Positions 15,247-24,201 of a DNA stretch of 24,421 nt are shown here, one piece after another. The notes beneath the pieces were generated by a model. That model did no database searches. It saw nothing but the letters and a program-made list of their open reading frames with translations, and had not been told where the DNA came from. The DNA is from an uncultured archaeon (GTDB lineage: Archaea > Iainarchaeota > Iainarchaeia > Iainarchaeales > DTGL01), in contig CAZKED010000019.1 of NCBI GenBank assembly GCA_964551725.1, positions 1-24,421 on the forward strand, read 5' to 3'. The position numbers and the translations under genes are program-made. Position 1 is the stretch's first letter, and the number at the start of each line of letters is the position of its first letter.

Positions 15247-17433
15247 ATGTTTGAATTGATTTTCATTTCCGCGCTGGTTTCAGTGCTTGCTTTGCTTTCG
15301 GCATTCATGTTCCACCGGGTCATGGCAAAGCACGACGCAGGCACGGCAAGAATGAAGGAACTGCAGTCGTATATCCGCGAGGGTGCCTGGACCTTCATGA
15401 CGGAAGAGGCAAAGGCATTCGCCCTTGTAATGCTCGTAATCGCGGCAGTTCTCTGGGGGATTTTTTACTGGGAGGTTGCAGTAGCGTTTTTAATCGGCGC
15501 AGTGCTGTCAATGAGCGCGGGATTCATTGGAATGAATTCCGCCACGCTGGCGAACGCGCGCGTTACGAACGCCGCGAGAAAGGATTCAAAAAGAGCGCTG
15601 AATGTTGCAATGGCCGGCGGAGCAGTAATGGGTCTCTCAGTGGCAGGGCTCGCCCTCGGCGGACTAACGCTTGTAATTTTCCTTTTCCAGGGCTCTTTTG
15701 ATCCGAGCGTAATCCATATTGAATCAAAGGCTGTTCCCATTGTAAGCCAGATCATTGGAAGGAATCTGAACTTCATTAAAGCCGCGCTGATAGTGAGCGC
15801 GTATTCAATGGGCGCTTCGCTCGTTGCATTGTTCGACAGGGTCGGCGGCGGAATTTACACGAAGGCAGCGGACATGGGCGCCGATTTGGTCGGAAAGGCG
15901 GAAGAACACCTGCCGGAGGACGATCCGAGAAATCCCGCTACAATTGCGGACAACGTGGGAGACAATGTAGGTGATGTCGGCGGTTTAGGAGCAGACCTGC
16001 TCGAATCATTCGTTGGATCGATTATTTCAGTTATTGTGATAATGCTTTACCTCTTTGTTGCAAGGGGCAACCCGGACATAGGCGCGCTGCTCGGAAAAAT
16101 AACCGCTGGGACAGGGATTGCCGCCGCGGACTACTGGTGGCTCGTGATCACGCCGCTGGTGATAATTTCGGGCGGAATAATCGCAAGTTTGCTTGGCGTA
16201 ATGTATGTTCTGGTAAGCAGGGGAAAAGAAAAACTGCAGGGCGTTCTAATGAACGGCACGCGCATTGCCGCAGTCCTCACGGTTGCGCTTACATACGTTA
16301 TTGTTTATGTCTCGCCTCTGGGCATGAATGTTTTCTGGGCTGTTTTAATCGGTGTCGTGACGGGAATCGTAATAGGGTATGTTTCCGAATACTACACTTC
16401 ATCGCATTTCGGACCCGTTAAAAAGGTGGCTGAAGCGGACGACGCCGGCGCTGCAATAGGCGTAACCTACGGAATGGCTGTGGGAATGCTTTCGACCTTT
16501 GTTCCCGGAATAGCGATTGCTGTCGCGGTTGTACTGACCTACTGGCTTGCCGGTCTCGTGGGAGTGGCATTCGGCGCTCTCGGAATGCTTTCATTCGTGG
16601 GAATGACTGTTGCAGTGGACACATACGGACCTATAGCCGACAATGCAGGCGGGATAGCGCAGGGCTCAAATTTGCCGCACGCCGTAAGGAAGCGCACCGA
16701 CAACCTGGACTCAATTGGAAACACGACTGCCGCGATTGGGAAGGGCTTTGCGATTGGTTCGGCAGCATTCTCCGCGCTTGCACTGATTGCCGCTTACATG
16801 TGGTCGGCGATCGGCTCTGCTGGAGAAGTCCAGATTCCGTCGATTGAAATAATAAGCACAAACCCCCTGATCGGGGGCACGGTTGTTGCGGCATTGTTCC
16901 TCGGGGCAATGGTTCCCTACGTGTTTTCGGCTCTTTTGATTCAGGGAGTAAGCGATACCGCGAACAAAATGGTGCGGGAAATAAGAAGGCAGTTCAAGGC
17001 GGATGCCGGCATTCTGAAGGGTAAAAGCAAGCCCGACTTCAACAGGTGCATTGCAATTACTTCCAAAAGCAGCCTTAAAAAAATGGTTTTGCCTGCACTC
17101 CTTACAATAACAATGCCTTTTTTGATAGGGTTCCTGCTCGGAAGGTTTGCCCTGGCGGGCTTTTTGATAGGCGCACTGCTTTCATGCATGCAGCTCGCGA
17201 TTTATTGTGCGAATACTGGCGGGGCATTGGACAATGCGAAAAAATTCATTGAAGAGGGTCACTACGGCGGCAAGGGCTCGGAAGCGCACGTTTCAAGCGT
17301 TATTGGAGACACCGTGGGAGACCCGCTCAAGGACACTGTGGGACCGTCGCTGGACATTCTCGTGAAACTGATGTCCGTCGTGTCCATTCTTTTCGCTTCA
17401 TTGTTTCCGGTGTATCCTGTTATTTTCCCGTGA
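15247..17433 (+). CDS. hppA: Membrane-bound pyrophosphatase, K+-dependent, probably Na+-translocating
   Basis: GGGIYTKAADMGADLVGK, EDDPRNPATIADNVGDNVGD, GPIADNAGG, GNTTAAIGKG, GDTVGDPLKD; many TM helices. Confidence 0.97.
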   Translation: MFELIFISALVSVLALLSAFMFHRVMAKHDAGTARMKELQSYIREGAWTFMTEEAKAFALVMLVIAAVLWGIFYWEVAVAFLIGAVLSMSAGFIGMNSATLANARVTNAARKDSKRALNVAMAGGAVMGLSVAGLALGGLTLVIFLFQGSFDPSVIHIESKAVPIVSQIIGRNLNFIKAALIVSAYSMGASLVALFDRVGGGIYTKAADMGADLVGKAEEHLPEDDPRNPATIADNVGDNVGDVGGLGADLLESFVGSIISVIVIMLYLFVARGNPDIGALLGKITAGTGIAAADYWWLVITPLVIISGGIIASLLGVMYVLVSRGKEKLQGVLMNGTRIAAVLTVALTYVIVYVSPLGMNVFWAVLIGVVTGIVIGYVSEYYTSSHFGPVKKVAEADDAGAAIGVTYGMAVGMLSTFVPGIAIAVAVVLTYWLAGLVGVAFGALGMLSFVGMTVAVDTYGPIADNAGGIAQGSNLPHAVRKRTDNLDSIGNTTAAIGKGFAIGSAAFSALALIAAYMWSAIGSAGEVQIPSIEIISTNPLIGGTVVAALFLGAMVPYVFSALLIQGVSDTANKMVREIRRQFKADAGILKGKSKPDFNRCIAITSKSSLKKMVLPALLTITMPFLIGFLLGRFALAGFLIGALLSCMQLAIYCANTGGALDNAKKFIEEGHYGGKGSEAHVSSVIGDTVGDPLKDTVGPSLDILVKLMSVVSILFASLFPVYPVIFP

Positions 17434-17463
17434 AAATGAGTTTGGGGAGAAATTTCGCTTCTT

Positions 17464-18171
17464 TCAGGGAAAAATTTCCGCTTCGGGGTTCTCCCTGTTG
17501 AGAACAAGCGTGCGGGCTTCTCCGCCGCAGTGTTTTTTCACCAGCTCACCCAACTCGGCGGCGATTGATTCAATTTCCTCCCCTGAAAAGGGCGGAAGTC
17601 CCTCCACGACAAGGCAAACGTTTTTTGTTTCCTGGGTCATTTTTGACTTGTCGCATTCCCTCCAGTTCCATCTCCTGCACAGTACTTCTCTGTCATCACA
17701 GTAAACCACTTCTCCCTGTTTGGGGCTTTTTGTTTCCGCGGAGTTGAGTTCCTGGAAGGATTCCGAGCCGGAGGCGAATTTGAGCACTATGTCTCCTTCA
17801 ACTTTGTCGAGGTCATCGCCGCCTGCCGGAACCATGTGCTTGAGGGAAATGTAATTGTAAATGTCCACTATTTTGTTGATGCTTCTAACGCCGTCGCCTT
17901 TAAGGGCTGACCTGTACAATGCTTCGACAGAACACTTGTTCTTTTTCGGCTTTCCGCCGAAGGAAGAGTATGCTTTTCTCCAAGAATCAATTTTCGGCTG
18001 CTGTGAAAGGGTTTCTGTGCTGAATTTTTCCCTTATTTCTTTCTGCCTTTCCCCAATCAGCGCCGTTACTTCCCTGCGCGGAGCGGAGTTTTCTATTCCC
18101 TTCGCTACAACCACGCCGATGTTCAGTCGGGGAAATCTTTCAAAAATCTTTCCGTCAATCCTGAGTTTCAT
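17464..18171 (-). CDS. Stand-alone B3/B4 domain protein (PheRS beta editing-domain homolog)
   Basis: WRKAYSSFG, SVEALYR, INKIVDIYNYISL, GGDDLD, GEVVYCD, CRRWNWRE; start taken at ATG 18171. Confidence 0.92.
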   Translation of the reverse strand: MKLRIDGKIFERFPRLNIGVVVAKGIENSAPRREVTALIGERQKEIREKFSTETLSQQPKIDSWRKAYSSFGGKPKKNKCSVEALYRSALKGDGVRSINKIVDIYNYISLKHMVPAGGDDLDKVEGDIVLKFASGSESFQELNSAETKSPKQGEVVYCDDREVLCRRWNWRECDKSKMTQETKNVCLVVEGLPPFSGEEIESIAAELGELVKKHCGGEARTLVLNRENPEAEIFP

Positions 18172-18281
18172 TTTAGTATTGGCTGCCCAAAGTTTTATAA
18201 AAACCGCGCAATTCAGTAAAAAGCGTGCTTTCATTAATTTTTTAATCCTTTTAACCCCCACTTTTTGGGGGGTGGTTCTTT

Positions 18282-18902
18282 TTGGAACTGGAAGGAATTG
18301 AAGTGCACTGGCTGGGGCAGAGCGCTTTCAAGATAAGGCATTCGGGACTGGTCATCTACATCGACCCCTACAACATAAAAAGCACTGAAAAAGCGGACAT
18401 TATACTCATAACGCACGAGCACTACGACCATTGCTCTCCCGCTGATATTGAAAAAATACGCTCAAATGAAACAACCATTGTCTGCAACGAGAAGGTCGCG
18501 GGAAAAGTGCAGGGAAGCGTTGAAATAATCGCGGAAGGCGAGGAACTTGAAGTGAAAGGGGTCAAAATCAGGGCAGTGCCGGCGTACAACGCAAACAAAT
18601 CCTTTCATCCCAAGGGGCTCGGCTTGGGATTCGTTCTGGAACTGGGGGGCAAAAAAATCTACCATGCCGGGGACACCGACCTCATTCCCGAAATGTCCTC
18701 TTTGGGGGCAACGGACATCGCAATGCTGCCTGTCGGCGGCACTTACACCATGAACGCGGAAGAGGCGGCAAAGGCAGCGGAAACAATTGGAGCAAAAATC
18801 GCTGTGCCCATGCATTACGGCGTTGCAGCAGGCACGAGGGCCGACGCGGAAAAACTGGCAGAACTGTTTTCAGGAAAAACCGCAATAATGGAAAAGGAAT
18901 GA
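18282..18902 (+). CDS. MBL-fold metallo-hydrolase (UPF0173/UlaG-like)
   Basis: WLGQS, IDPY, ITHEHYDH, YHAGDT, LPVGG, VPMHYG; TTG start with GGGGTG SD. Confidence 0.93.
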   Translation: MELEGIEVHWLGQSAFKIRHSGLVIYIDPYNIKSTEKADIILITHEHYDHCSPADIEKIRSNETTIVCNEKVAGKVQGSVEIIAEGEELEVKGVKIRAVPAYNANKSFHPKGLGLGFVLELGGKKIYHAGDTDLIPEMSSLGATDIAMLPVGGTYTMNAEEAAKAAETIGAKIAVPMHYGVAAGTRADAEKLAELFSGKTAIMEKE

Positions 18903-18909
18903 TTTTGGA

Positions 18910-19716
18910 ATGCCATCGCTAAAGCCACTGGGAGCGGATGAAAGCATTTTCAGCAACATCGATTCATTGAATGCAGAATTCGTTCCCAAATTCCTGCCCC
19001 ACAGGGAAGAGGAGCAGAAAACCATTGCGCAGGCGATAAAACCGCTGTGCGACGGAAAGTGCTGCCGCAACCTGCTTGTGTTCGGCAGTTCCGGCATTGG
19101 AAAAACGCATGCAGTGAAAAGGGTGCTGGAGGACATGCTCTCGGAGAGCAGTGAAGTGCTCTGTGCTTATGCGAACTGCTGGGTTTACGACAAAAGCGGG
19201 GAAATCTTGGCAAAATTGTGCGCGGATTTGGGCTACAGCGTGAAAGCCGCGGAGAATTCCGCGCAATTGCTTGCACGCATTAAATCCCGCAACGAGGAAA
19301 AACCCATTGTTTTCGTTTTCGACGAAATTGACCAGGCGGACGAACTGGACTTTTTGTATTCCGTTCTGGAGGAAGTGCAGGACCGCGCAGTAATAGCGAT
19401 TACGAACAGCAACAAATGGCTCGCCGGGCTTGATGAAAGAATCCGCTCGCGCTTTCTGCCGCAGGAACTTGAATTCAGGGCTTACTCAAAGGAGGAAATT
19501 TTGGACATAATGCGCGAGAGGAGGAAATTCGCATTCTACCAGGACACGTGGAGCAGGGAAGCAGCGGAAATCTTGGATGAAAAAACCGCGGAACTCGGGG
19601 ACGTCCGCGCTGGAATACAGTTAATGCGTGAAGCCGGGCTGGCGGCAGAGGAAAAGGCGAGCAGGATTGTAATGGAAGAGCACGCCCTTTCCGCGGTCAA
19701 AAAGTTATTCCCTTAA
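18910..19716 (+). CDS. Cdc6/Orc1-like AAA+ ATPase lacking the C-terminal winged-helix domain
   Basis: FVPKFLPHREEE N-terminus, Walker A GSSGIGKT, YANC, Walker B FVFDEID, RIRSRF arginine finger, GDVR sensor 2; ends at 268 aa. Confidence 0.88.
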   Translation: MPSLKPLGADESIFSNIDSLNAEFVPKFLPHREEEQKTIAQAIKPLCDGKCCRNLLVFGSSGIGKTHAVKRVLEDMLSESSEVLCAYANCWVYDKSGEILAKLCADLGYSVKAAENSAQLLARIKSRNEEKPIVFVFDEIDQADELDFLYSVLEEVQDRAVIAITNSNKWLAGLDERIRSRFLPQELEFRAYSKEEILDIMRERRKFAFYQDTWSREAAEILDEKTAELGDVRAGIQLMREAGLAAEEKASRIVMEEHALSAVKKLFP

Positions 19717-20214
19717 TTTCACTTCCCCGAACACTTCGCTGAATTTTTTTGTGGTGGAAAGCAGGTAGGTGCGACCGCTCGGCGTTCTTTCAACAAAACC
19801 CTGTTCCACAAGCGACTTTACGTGGTCGTATGCCTTGTTGTTCCTGTATTTGATGACCAAAGACTGCCTTATGGGCTGCTTCACCGCAATCAGCGCGAGA
19901 GTGCGCTGCAGCCCCTTGTGCATTTCGCTCTTCATTGCGAGATGCTTCACTTTTTCCAGGTGGTGCGGCTTTACGCGCATCTGGAAAACGCCGTCTGCGC
20001 CCGCGCCGATTTCAACGCCTCCTTCCCTGTTAGAGTATTCCGCTGCGAGCTCGCCCAGCATTCTCAAAGCAATGCGCTTGTCTTTTAGTTCCACCAGATT
20101 CATTAAATCGGAGAGCTGCAATGAGCCGGGAGCCATGAACAACGCGGATTCAAAAACGCGCTTGTGCTCGTCCCAGTTTTTTACAGCGCGCGCGATTTCC
20201 CTCACTTCGTTCAC
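19705..20214 (-). CDS. scpB: SMC-Scp complex subunit ScpB
   Basis: FESALF, TLALIAVKQPIRQS, AYDHVKSLVEQGFV, TTKKFSEVFG match the ScpB tandem wHTH pattern; GTG start. Confidence 0.9.
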   Translation of the reverse strand: MNEVREIARAVKNWDEHKRVFESALFMAPGSLQLSDLMNLVELKDKRIALRMLGELAAEYSNREGGVEIGAGADGVFQMRVKPHHLEKVKHLAMKSEMHKGLQRTLALIAVKQPIRQSLVIKYRNNKAYDHVKSLVEQGFVERTPSGRTYLLSTTKKFSEVFGEVKLRE

Positions 20215-20352
20215 TAAAAAACACGCTCCTCTAAAAAAGGCAATTGCCTTGAAGGCTACAAAATTATGCTGAAGGGGGTTAATAAATTTAACCCCTGTGC
20301 GATACCTTTAAATCCTTCGAGGGGCATAATTATTTTAGAGGAGGCCTTCGAA

Positions 20353-21456
20353 TTGAAATCCAACCGTGCCAGGCGAGCCGCCCGCGAAGCTGCGGAAAGG
20401 AAAGCGAGAATGCGGAGAATTGAAGCCAGGGGCACGCTTGTGGGAACAGGGAGAGCCGGGAAAACCGCCGGAAAGCGCCCAAGAAAACCCCCTTTCAGGG
20501 TCCATGAGGGGAAAGCCACCCGTGAGAGTGTAGCTAACAGGATAAAAATGATAAGGGAACTGGACAGGATGAGGTTCGGCAAAGAGACAGAAGGAAAATA
20601 TGAGTTCGCTGAACCAAGAGGAAGAGGTAGACGGAGCAGAGTCGTGAGGGAAGGCGGGGGACAGGAAAGGTACGAGTTCCGTAGCTGGGACAAGCACACA
20701 TACGAGCAGTACTGCAGGGAAATTTTCGGGGGAACCAAGGGGGAAGTGATAGACTTCAAGGAAAACATCAGGAGGAGGCTCGAGCAAAAGGAAACCAGGC
20801 CTAGGATTGTCGGCAGGGCAGGAGTGAGAATTCTTGAAATAGGGCCTGGTCTAATGAGATTCCCCGCGGAAATCAAAAGAACATTCGGAAGCCGGGTTGA
20901 AATCCATACGCTGGGTCTTGCAGGAATGCCCTCACTAAAAGAATTCGAAAGAAGGTTCTCCAAGTTCGCCGGCAAAGAATTCAATGGAACACGGGAACAG
21001 GCACTTTACAACGAATACAGGAACGACATCATTGAATACGAGAAAAACAGGAAACTGGCGGACAGAAGGCATGTGGGCGCAATGGAAACAATGAGGCTTG
21101 CCACGCCCGAAGGAAAGCCGCTTCTCTTCGACATGATTGTGATGAAAAGGGGTGCAATAGAGGACTCGCCCGCTGCAGTGCAGGCATTCGAGAGTATACT
21201 GAACCATCTCGCCCCCGGCGGGGAAGCATTCATTGAAGCAGGATACTATCAGAACGTTATCGCCTCGAATCCGGGATACGTAGAAAGGCTGAGGCGGGCC
21301 GGAATAAGGGTGGAAGCGCACGGATACGACGGTCTTTACTTTTACAGGAGCCCGCTTGAAAAATTCAGACCTGTTGACCTTCGGAACGTTATATTCAGGG
21401 ATGCTGACCTTGTTAAACCCAAAAGACCGCAAAAAGCCGGGCAGGACCGGAAGTGA
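20353..21456 (+). CDS. Divergent class I SAM-dependent methyltransferase with long Arg-rich N-terminal extension
   Basis: Motif I RILEIGPG, FDMIV, LNHLAPGGEAFI; TTG start at 20353 behind SD GAGGAGG. Confidence 0.7.
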   Translation: MKSNRARRAAREAAERKARMRRIEARGTLVGTGRAGKTAGKRPRKPPFRVHEGKATRESVANRIKMIRELDRMRFGKETEGKYEFAEPRGRGRRSRVVREGGGQERYEFRSWDKHTYEQYCREIFGGTKGEVIDFKENIRRRLEQKETRPRIVGRAGVRILEIGPGLMRFPAEIKRTFGSRVEIHTLGLAGMPSLKEFERRFSKFAGKEFNGTREQALYNEYRNDIIEYEKNRKLADRRHVGAMETMRLATPEGKPLLFDMIVMKRGAIEDSPAAVQAFESILNHLAPGGEAFIEAGYYQNVIASNPGYVERLRRAGIRVEAHGYDGLYFYRSPLEKFRPVDLRNVIFRDADLVKPKRPQKAGQDRK

Positions 21457-21475
21457 AAAAAACAGGGTGTTTTGA

Positions 21476-22453
21476 ATGGCAAAGCCGAAAATCGTTTACG
21501 TGATGCGGCATCCCCAGTATACGATCGAAGGGGAAAAACTGACAACTGAAAGGACTGAAACACGGGACTGGGATTTCCATTCAACCCTGACCAGAACGGG
21601 AGAACAGCAAGCGGTGGAATTCGCAAAATGGATGGCTGAAACAATTGAAAGGGCAAGGGAAAGGAATCCAAACGCGACATTTGAATTCATTTCAAGCCCT
21701 TACACGAGAGCAATGCAGATGGCTGAAATCGCCCTGGAAGAATCCGGATACAGGAGAAAAAGGAGCACCATAAGGAGAACCATAAGAAGCATGGAATGCC
21801 TCGGGGAAATTCCGTTTCCCTGGAAAAAGAAAAAATTCAAAAGAGGGGAAACGAGAAGCCGTTCAGGGAAAATGTCCAATCCCGAATACCTCTCATACGA
21901 ATCATACATTGACGGCTGGGGAGGAACCGCGGAAATAATGGAGGGCAAGAGGCAGTCGCTTGAAGAATTTTACAGGGCAGTGCAGAAATCGGAAGCGGAC
22001 ATAATATTTGTTTTCAGCCACAGGGCAACAATAGCAACGATGACATGGGACCTCGACCACGGAAGAGAAAGGAGGATAAACGAATTAGCCGCCTATAAAA
22101 TACAAAAATTCGGGGCAACAATCCCGCAAACGTCAATAACCGAACTCAGTGTCAGTTCAAGGGGAAAAATAGGAATCAGGAAACTGCTGGGTTTACCCAG
22201 GAAAGTTGTAAACCTCCTCGTGGCAAGGAGGGGCGGCAGGAAAAAGAGGCTCAAAACACGGCAGGAAAGAGTGAAAATAAGGTGGGAGAGAATCCCCTTA
22301 CCGCTTCCAAAAATAAGGAGAACAAAAATGGTTCCGCATCTCACGCCGGAGCTCATAACCGGCATTGCGAGAACGCCGAAACGGGTCCTGAAACAAGAAG
22401 TGAAAAAACCGAAAAAACCCCCTACAATAAGAAAACCCAGAAGAGGAAGGTGA
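21476..22453 (+). CDS. Histidine phosphatase superfamily protein with Arg/Lys-rich C-terminal tail
   Basis: YVMRHP, LTRTGEQQA, FISSPYTRAMQMA, LGE, FVFSH motifs. Confidence 0.8.
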   Translation: MAKPKIVYVMRHPQYTIEGEKLTTERTETRDWDFHSTLTRTGEQQAVEFAKWMAETIERARERNPNATFEFISSPYTRAMQMAEIALEESGYRRKRSTIRRTIRSMECLGEIPFPWKKKKFKRGETRSRSGKMSNPEYLSYESYIDGWGGTAEIMEGKRQSLEEFYRAVQKSEADIIFVFSHRATIATMTWDLDHGRERRINELAAYKIQKFGATIPQTSITELSVSSRGKIGIRKLLGLPRKVVNLLVARRGGRKKRLKTRQERVKIRWERIPLPLPKIRRTKMVPHLTPELITGIARTPKRVLKQEVKKPKKPPTIRKPRRGR

Positions 22454-22459
22454 AAATAA

Positions 22460-23296
22460 TCAGAGCCCTGAAAACTCTTTTTTCAGCAGCAATGCATCGC
22501 CTTCAATATTGGGGCTCTCGCTGATGACCACGCCCTTGCAACCGAATTCCTTGAGGGCGCGGAGCAGTTCCCTGTACTTTAAATCGCTCTCCTCCAAATT
22601 CAGGTGGTGCTTTTCCCCCTTGTCGGAGTAGGCAATTCCTGAAACATGGCAGTGCATTTCTTTAAGCGCATTCTTTCCCAACTTTTTTTCCACGAGCTCG
22701 AGCGCGGAACGGAATTCCTCCGCGGAATTCATTTTTCCAGCAGAGCGGGCGTGCAAGTGCGAGAAATCAATGCAGGGCAGCACTCCATCCAACTCGGAAC
22801 TCAATTCAACCAGTTCCTCTAGGGAACCAAACTGCGAGCGCTTGCCCGTGGTTTCGGGCCTGACCCAGATTTCGTTTTTTTCCGCACGGAGCACGGAAAC
22901 GATTTCCTGCAGGGAGTCCTTCACTGCACTGTACACTTTTCCCGGTTCCTGCTTCTGGTAGAATGCCGCGTGGAAGCACACGGAAAAAGCGCCGCACTCC
23001 CAAGCGCGGCGCGCGGCGTCGAGAATGCGCTTTTTACTTGCCTCGCGCTTTTTTTTCTCCGAAGAATTGAGGTTGATGAAATAGGACGCGTGGCATGTGA
23101 GGGCAACGCTTCCCTCCTGCGCGGTTCTTTTCACCTGAGGCGCGAGTTCTTCGCTCACGTTCACGCTGCGCACGAATTCGAGTTCCATTGCATCCAAGCC
23201 GAGGGCACGCACATGCTTTACTCCGTTCACTGTATTGCTGGGCGCTGTGGAAAGGGGAATTCCCGCAGTGCCGAACAAAAGGGAATCAAACTTCAT
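22460..23296 (-). CDS. Endonuclease IV-like AP endonuclease (TIM barrel)
   Basis: FGTAGIP, MELEFV, HASYFINL, RPETTGK, PCIDFSH, HCHVSGI, ISESP; ATG 23296 with SD GGGGTGA. Confidence 0.9.
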   Translation of the reverse strand: MKFDSLLFGTAGIPLSTAPSNTVNGVKHVRALGLDAMELEFVRSVNVSEELAPQVKRTAQEGSVALTCHASYFINLNSSEKKKREASKKRILDAARRAWECGAFSVCFHAAFYQKQEPGKVYSAVKDSLQEIVSVLRAEKNEIWVRPETTGKRSQFGSLEELVELSSELDGVLPCIDFSHLHARSAGKMNSAEEFRSALELVEKKLGKNALKEMHCHVSGIAYSDKGEKHHLNLEESDLKYRELLRALKEFGCKGVVISESPNIEGDALLLKKEFSGL

Positions 23297-23300
23297 TTTT

Positions 23301-24026
23301 TCACCCCGCAATAAAATGGATTCTTTCCTTTTTAATGCCCATCCTCCTCAGGGCAACGCGCATTGCTTTAAGTGAACCGGAACTGCCGCAGAGGTAATAG
23401 TGCGCTTTTTCATCGCGCAAGCCGGCTTCCTCGAGTGTTGGCTGTATGTAACCGCAGACGCCGCGCCAGCAGCATCCTCCTTCCTCATTAGCAGCCGCGT
23501 AAACCGAAAAGCACTTGTTGTCGGAGGAGCATTTTTCAAGCTCGGCGCGGTACAGGAAATGCTCGCAGGTTGGAAAACCATAAAACAATTGCACCGGCTT
23601 GCTCATGCCTTCGAGGCAGAGGTCGCGGAGCACGGAAATTGCAGGCGCAATGCCCGCGCCCGTGACAACGAAGACAATTTTTTCATGCTCTCTGAAAGGA
23701 ATGATTTCGCCGAAGGGACCTCGCATTACCAGTTCGCCGCCTACCCGCAAATTCTTTTCGAGGAATTCAGTCAGTCCCCCGCTGTACTTTACCGCAATGC
23801 AGAATTCAAGGAACTCCATGTACGGAGAGGATGCAACGGAGTAGGGGCGGAAAAGCAGTTCTGCGGAATTTTTTTCCTGCCTGAGTCCCGGGTGCGCGAG
23901 CAATACGTACTGTCCCGCACTGAACTTGAAGCCCTCGGGCTTCTTCAAGCGGATGATTAAGTATGAATTCCTGCCTCTTTCCTTCACCCTTTCAATGGAA
24001 AGCACTTTGCACCTGAAATCCTGCAT
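23301..24026 (-). CDS. FAD/NAD(P)-binding oxidoreductase, ferredoxin reductase (FNR-like) family
   Basis: FSAGQY, RPYSVAS, GPFG, VTGAGIAP, LFYG, YLCG. Confidence 0.9.
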   Translation of the reverse strand: MQDFRCKVLSIERVKERGRNSYLIIRLKKPEGFKFSAGQYVLLAHPGLRQEKNSAELLFRPYSVASSPYMEFLEFCIAVKYSGGLTEFLEKNLRVGGELVMRGPFGEIIPFREHEKIVFVVTGAGIAPAISVLRDLCLEGMSKPVQLFYGFPTCEHFLYRAELEKCSSDNKCFSVYAAANEEGGCCWRGVCGYIQPTLEEAGLRDEKAHYYLCGSSGSLKAMRVALRRMGIKKERIHFIAG

Positions 24027-24100
24027 TTAAAACGCCTAAAAAAAGAAAACGAAAAAAGTTTTAAAAGGGGCTTACTTTCCGAGAGCCCTTGCGGTTTCCG

Positions 24101-24136
24101 CCCGCTAGCATTATTTTTCCCGCTAGCATTATTTTT
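24101..24136. repeat. Perfect 18-bp tandem duplication
   Basis: CCCGCTAGCATTATTTTT at 24101-24118 and 24119-24136. Confidence 0.95.
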
Positions 24137-24201
24137 AATTATTTTGATGCTGTATAAATGCAGTTTTTTTGCTTTGAGGATTTTGTCTGGGGGGATTTTA
24201 A

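Noticed and set aside
338-23960. Numerous antisense and alternate-frame ORFs in the track
   Set aside because: Shadows of well-supported genes with no motifs or independent start signals.
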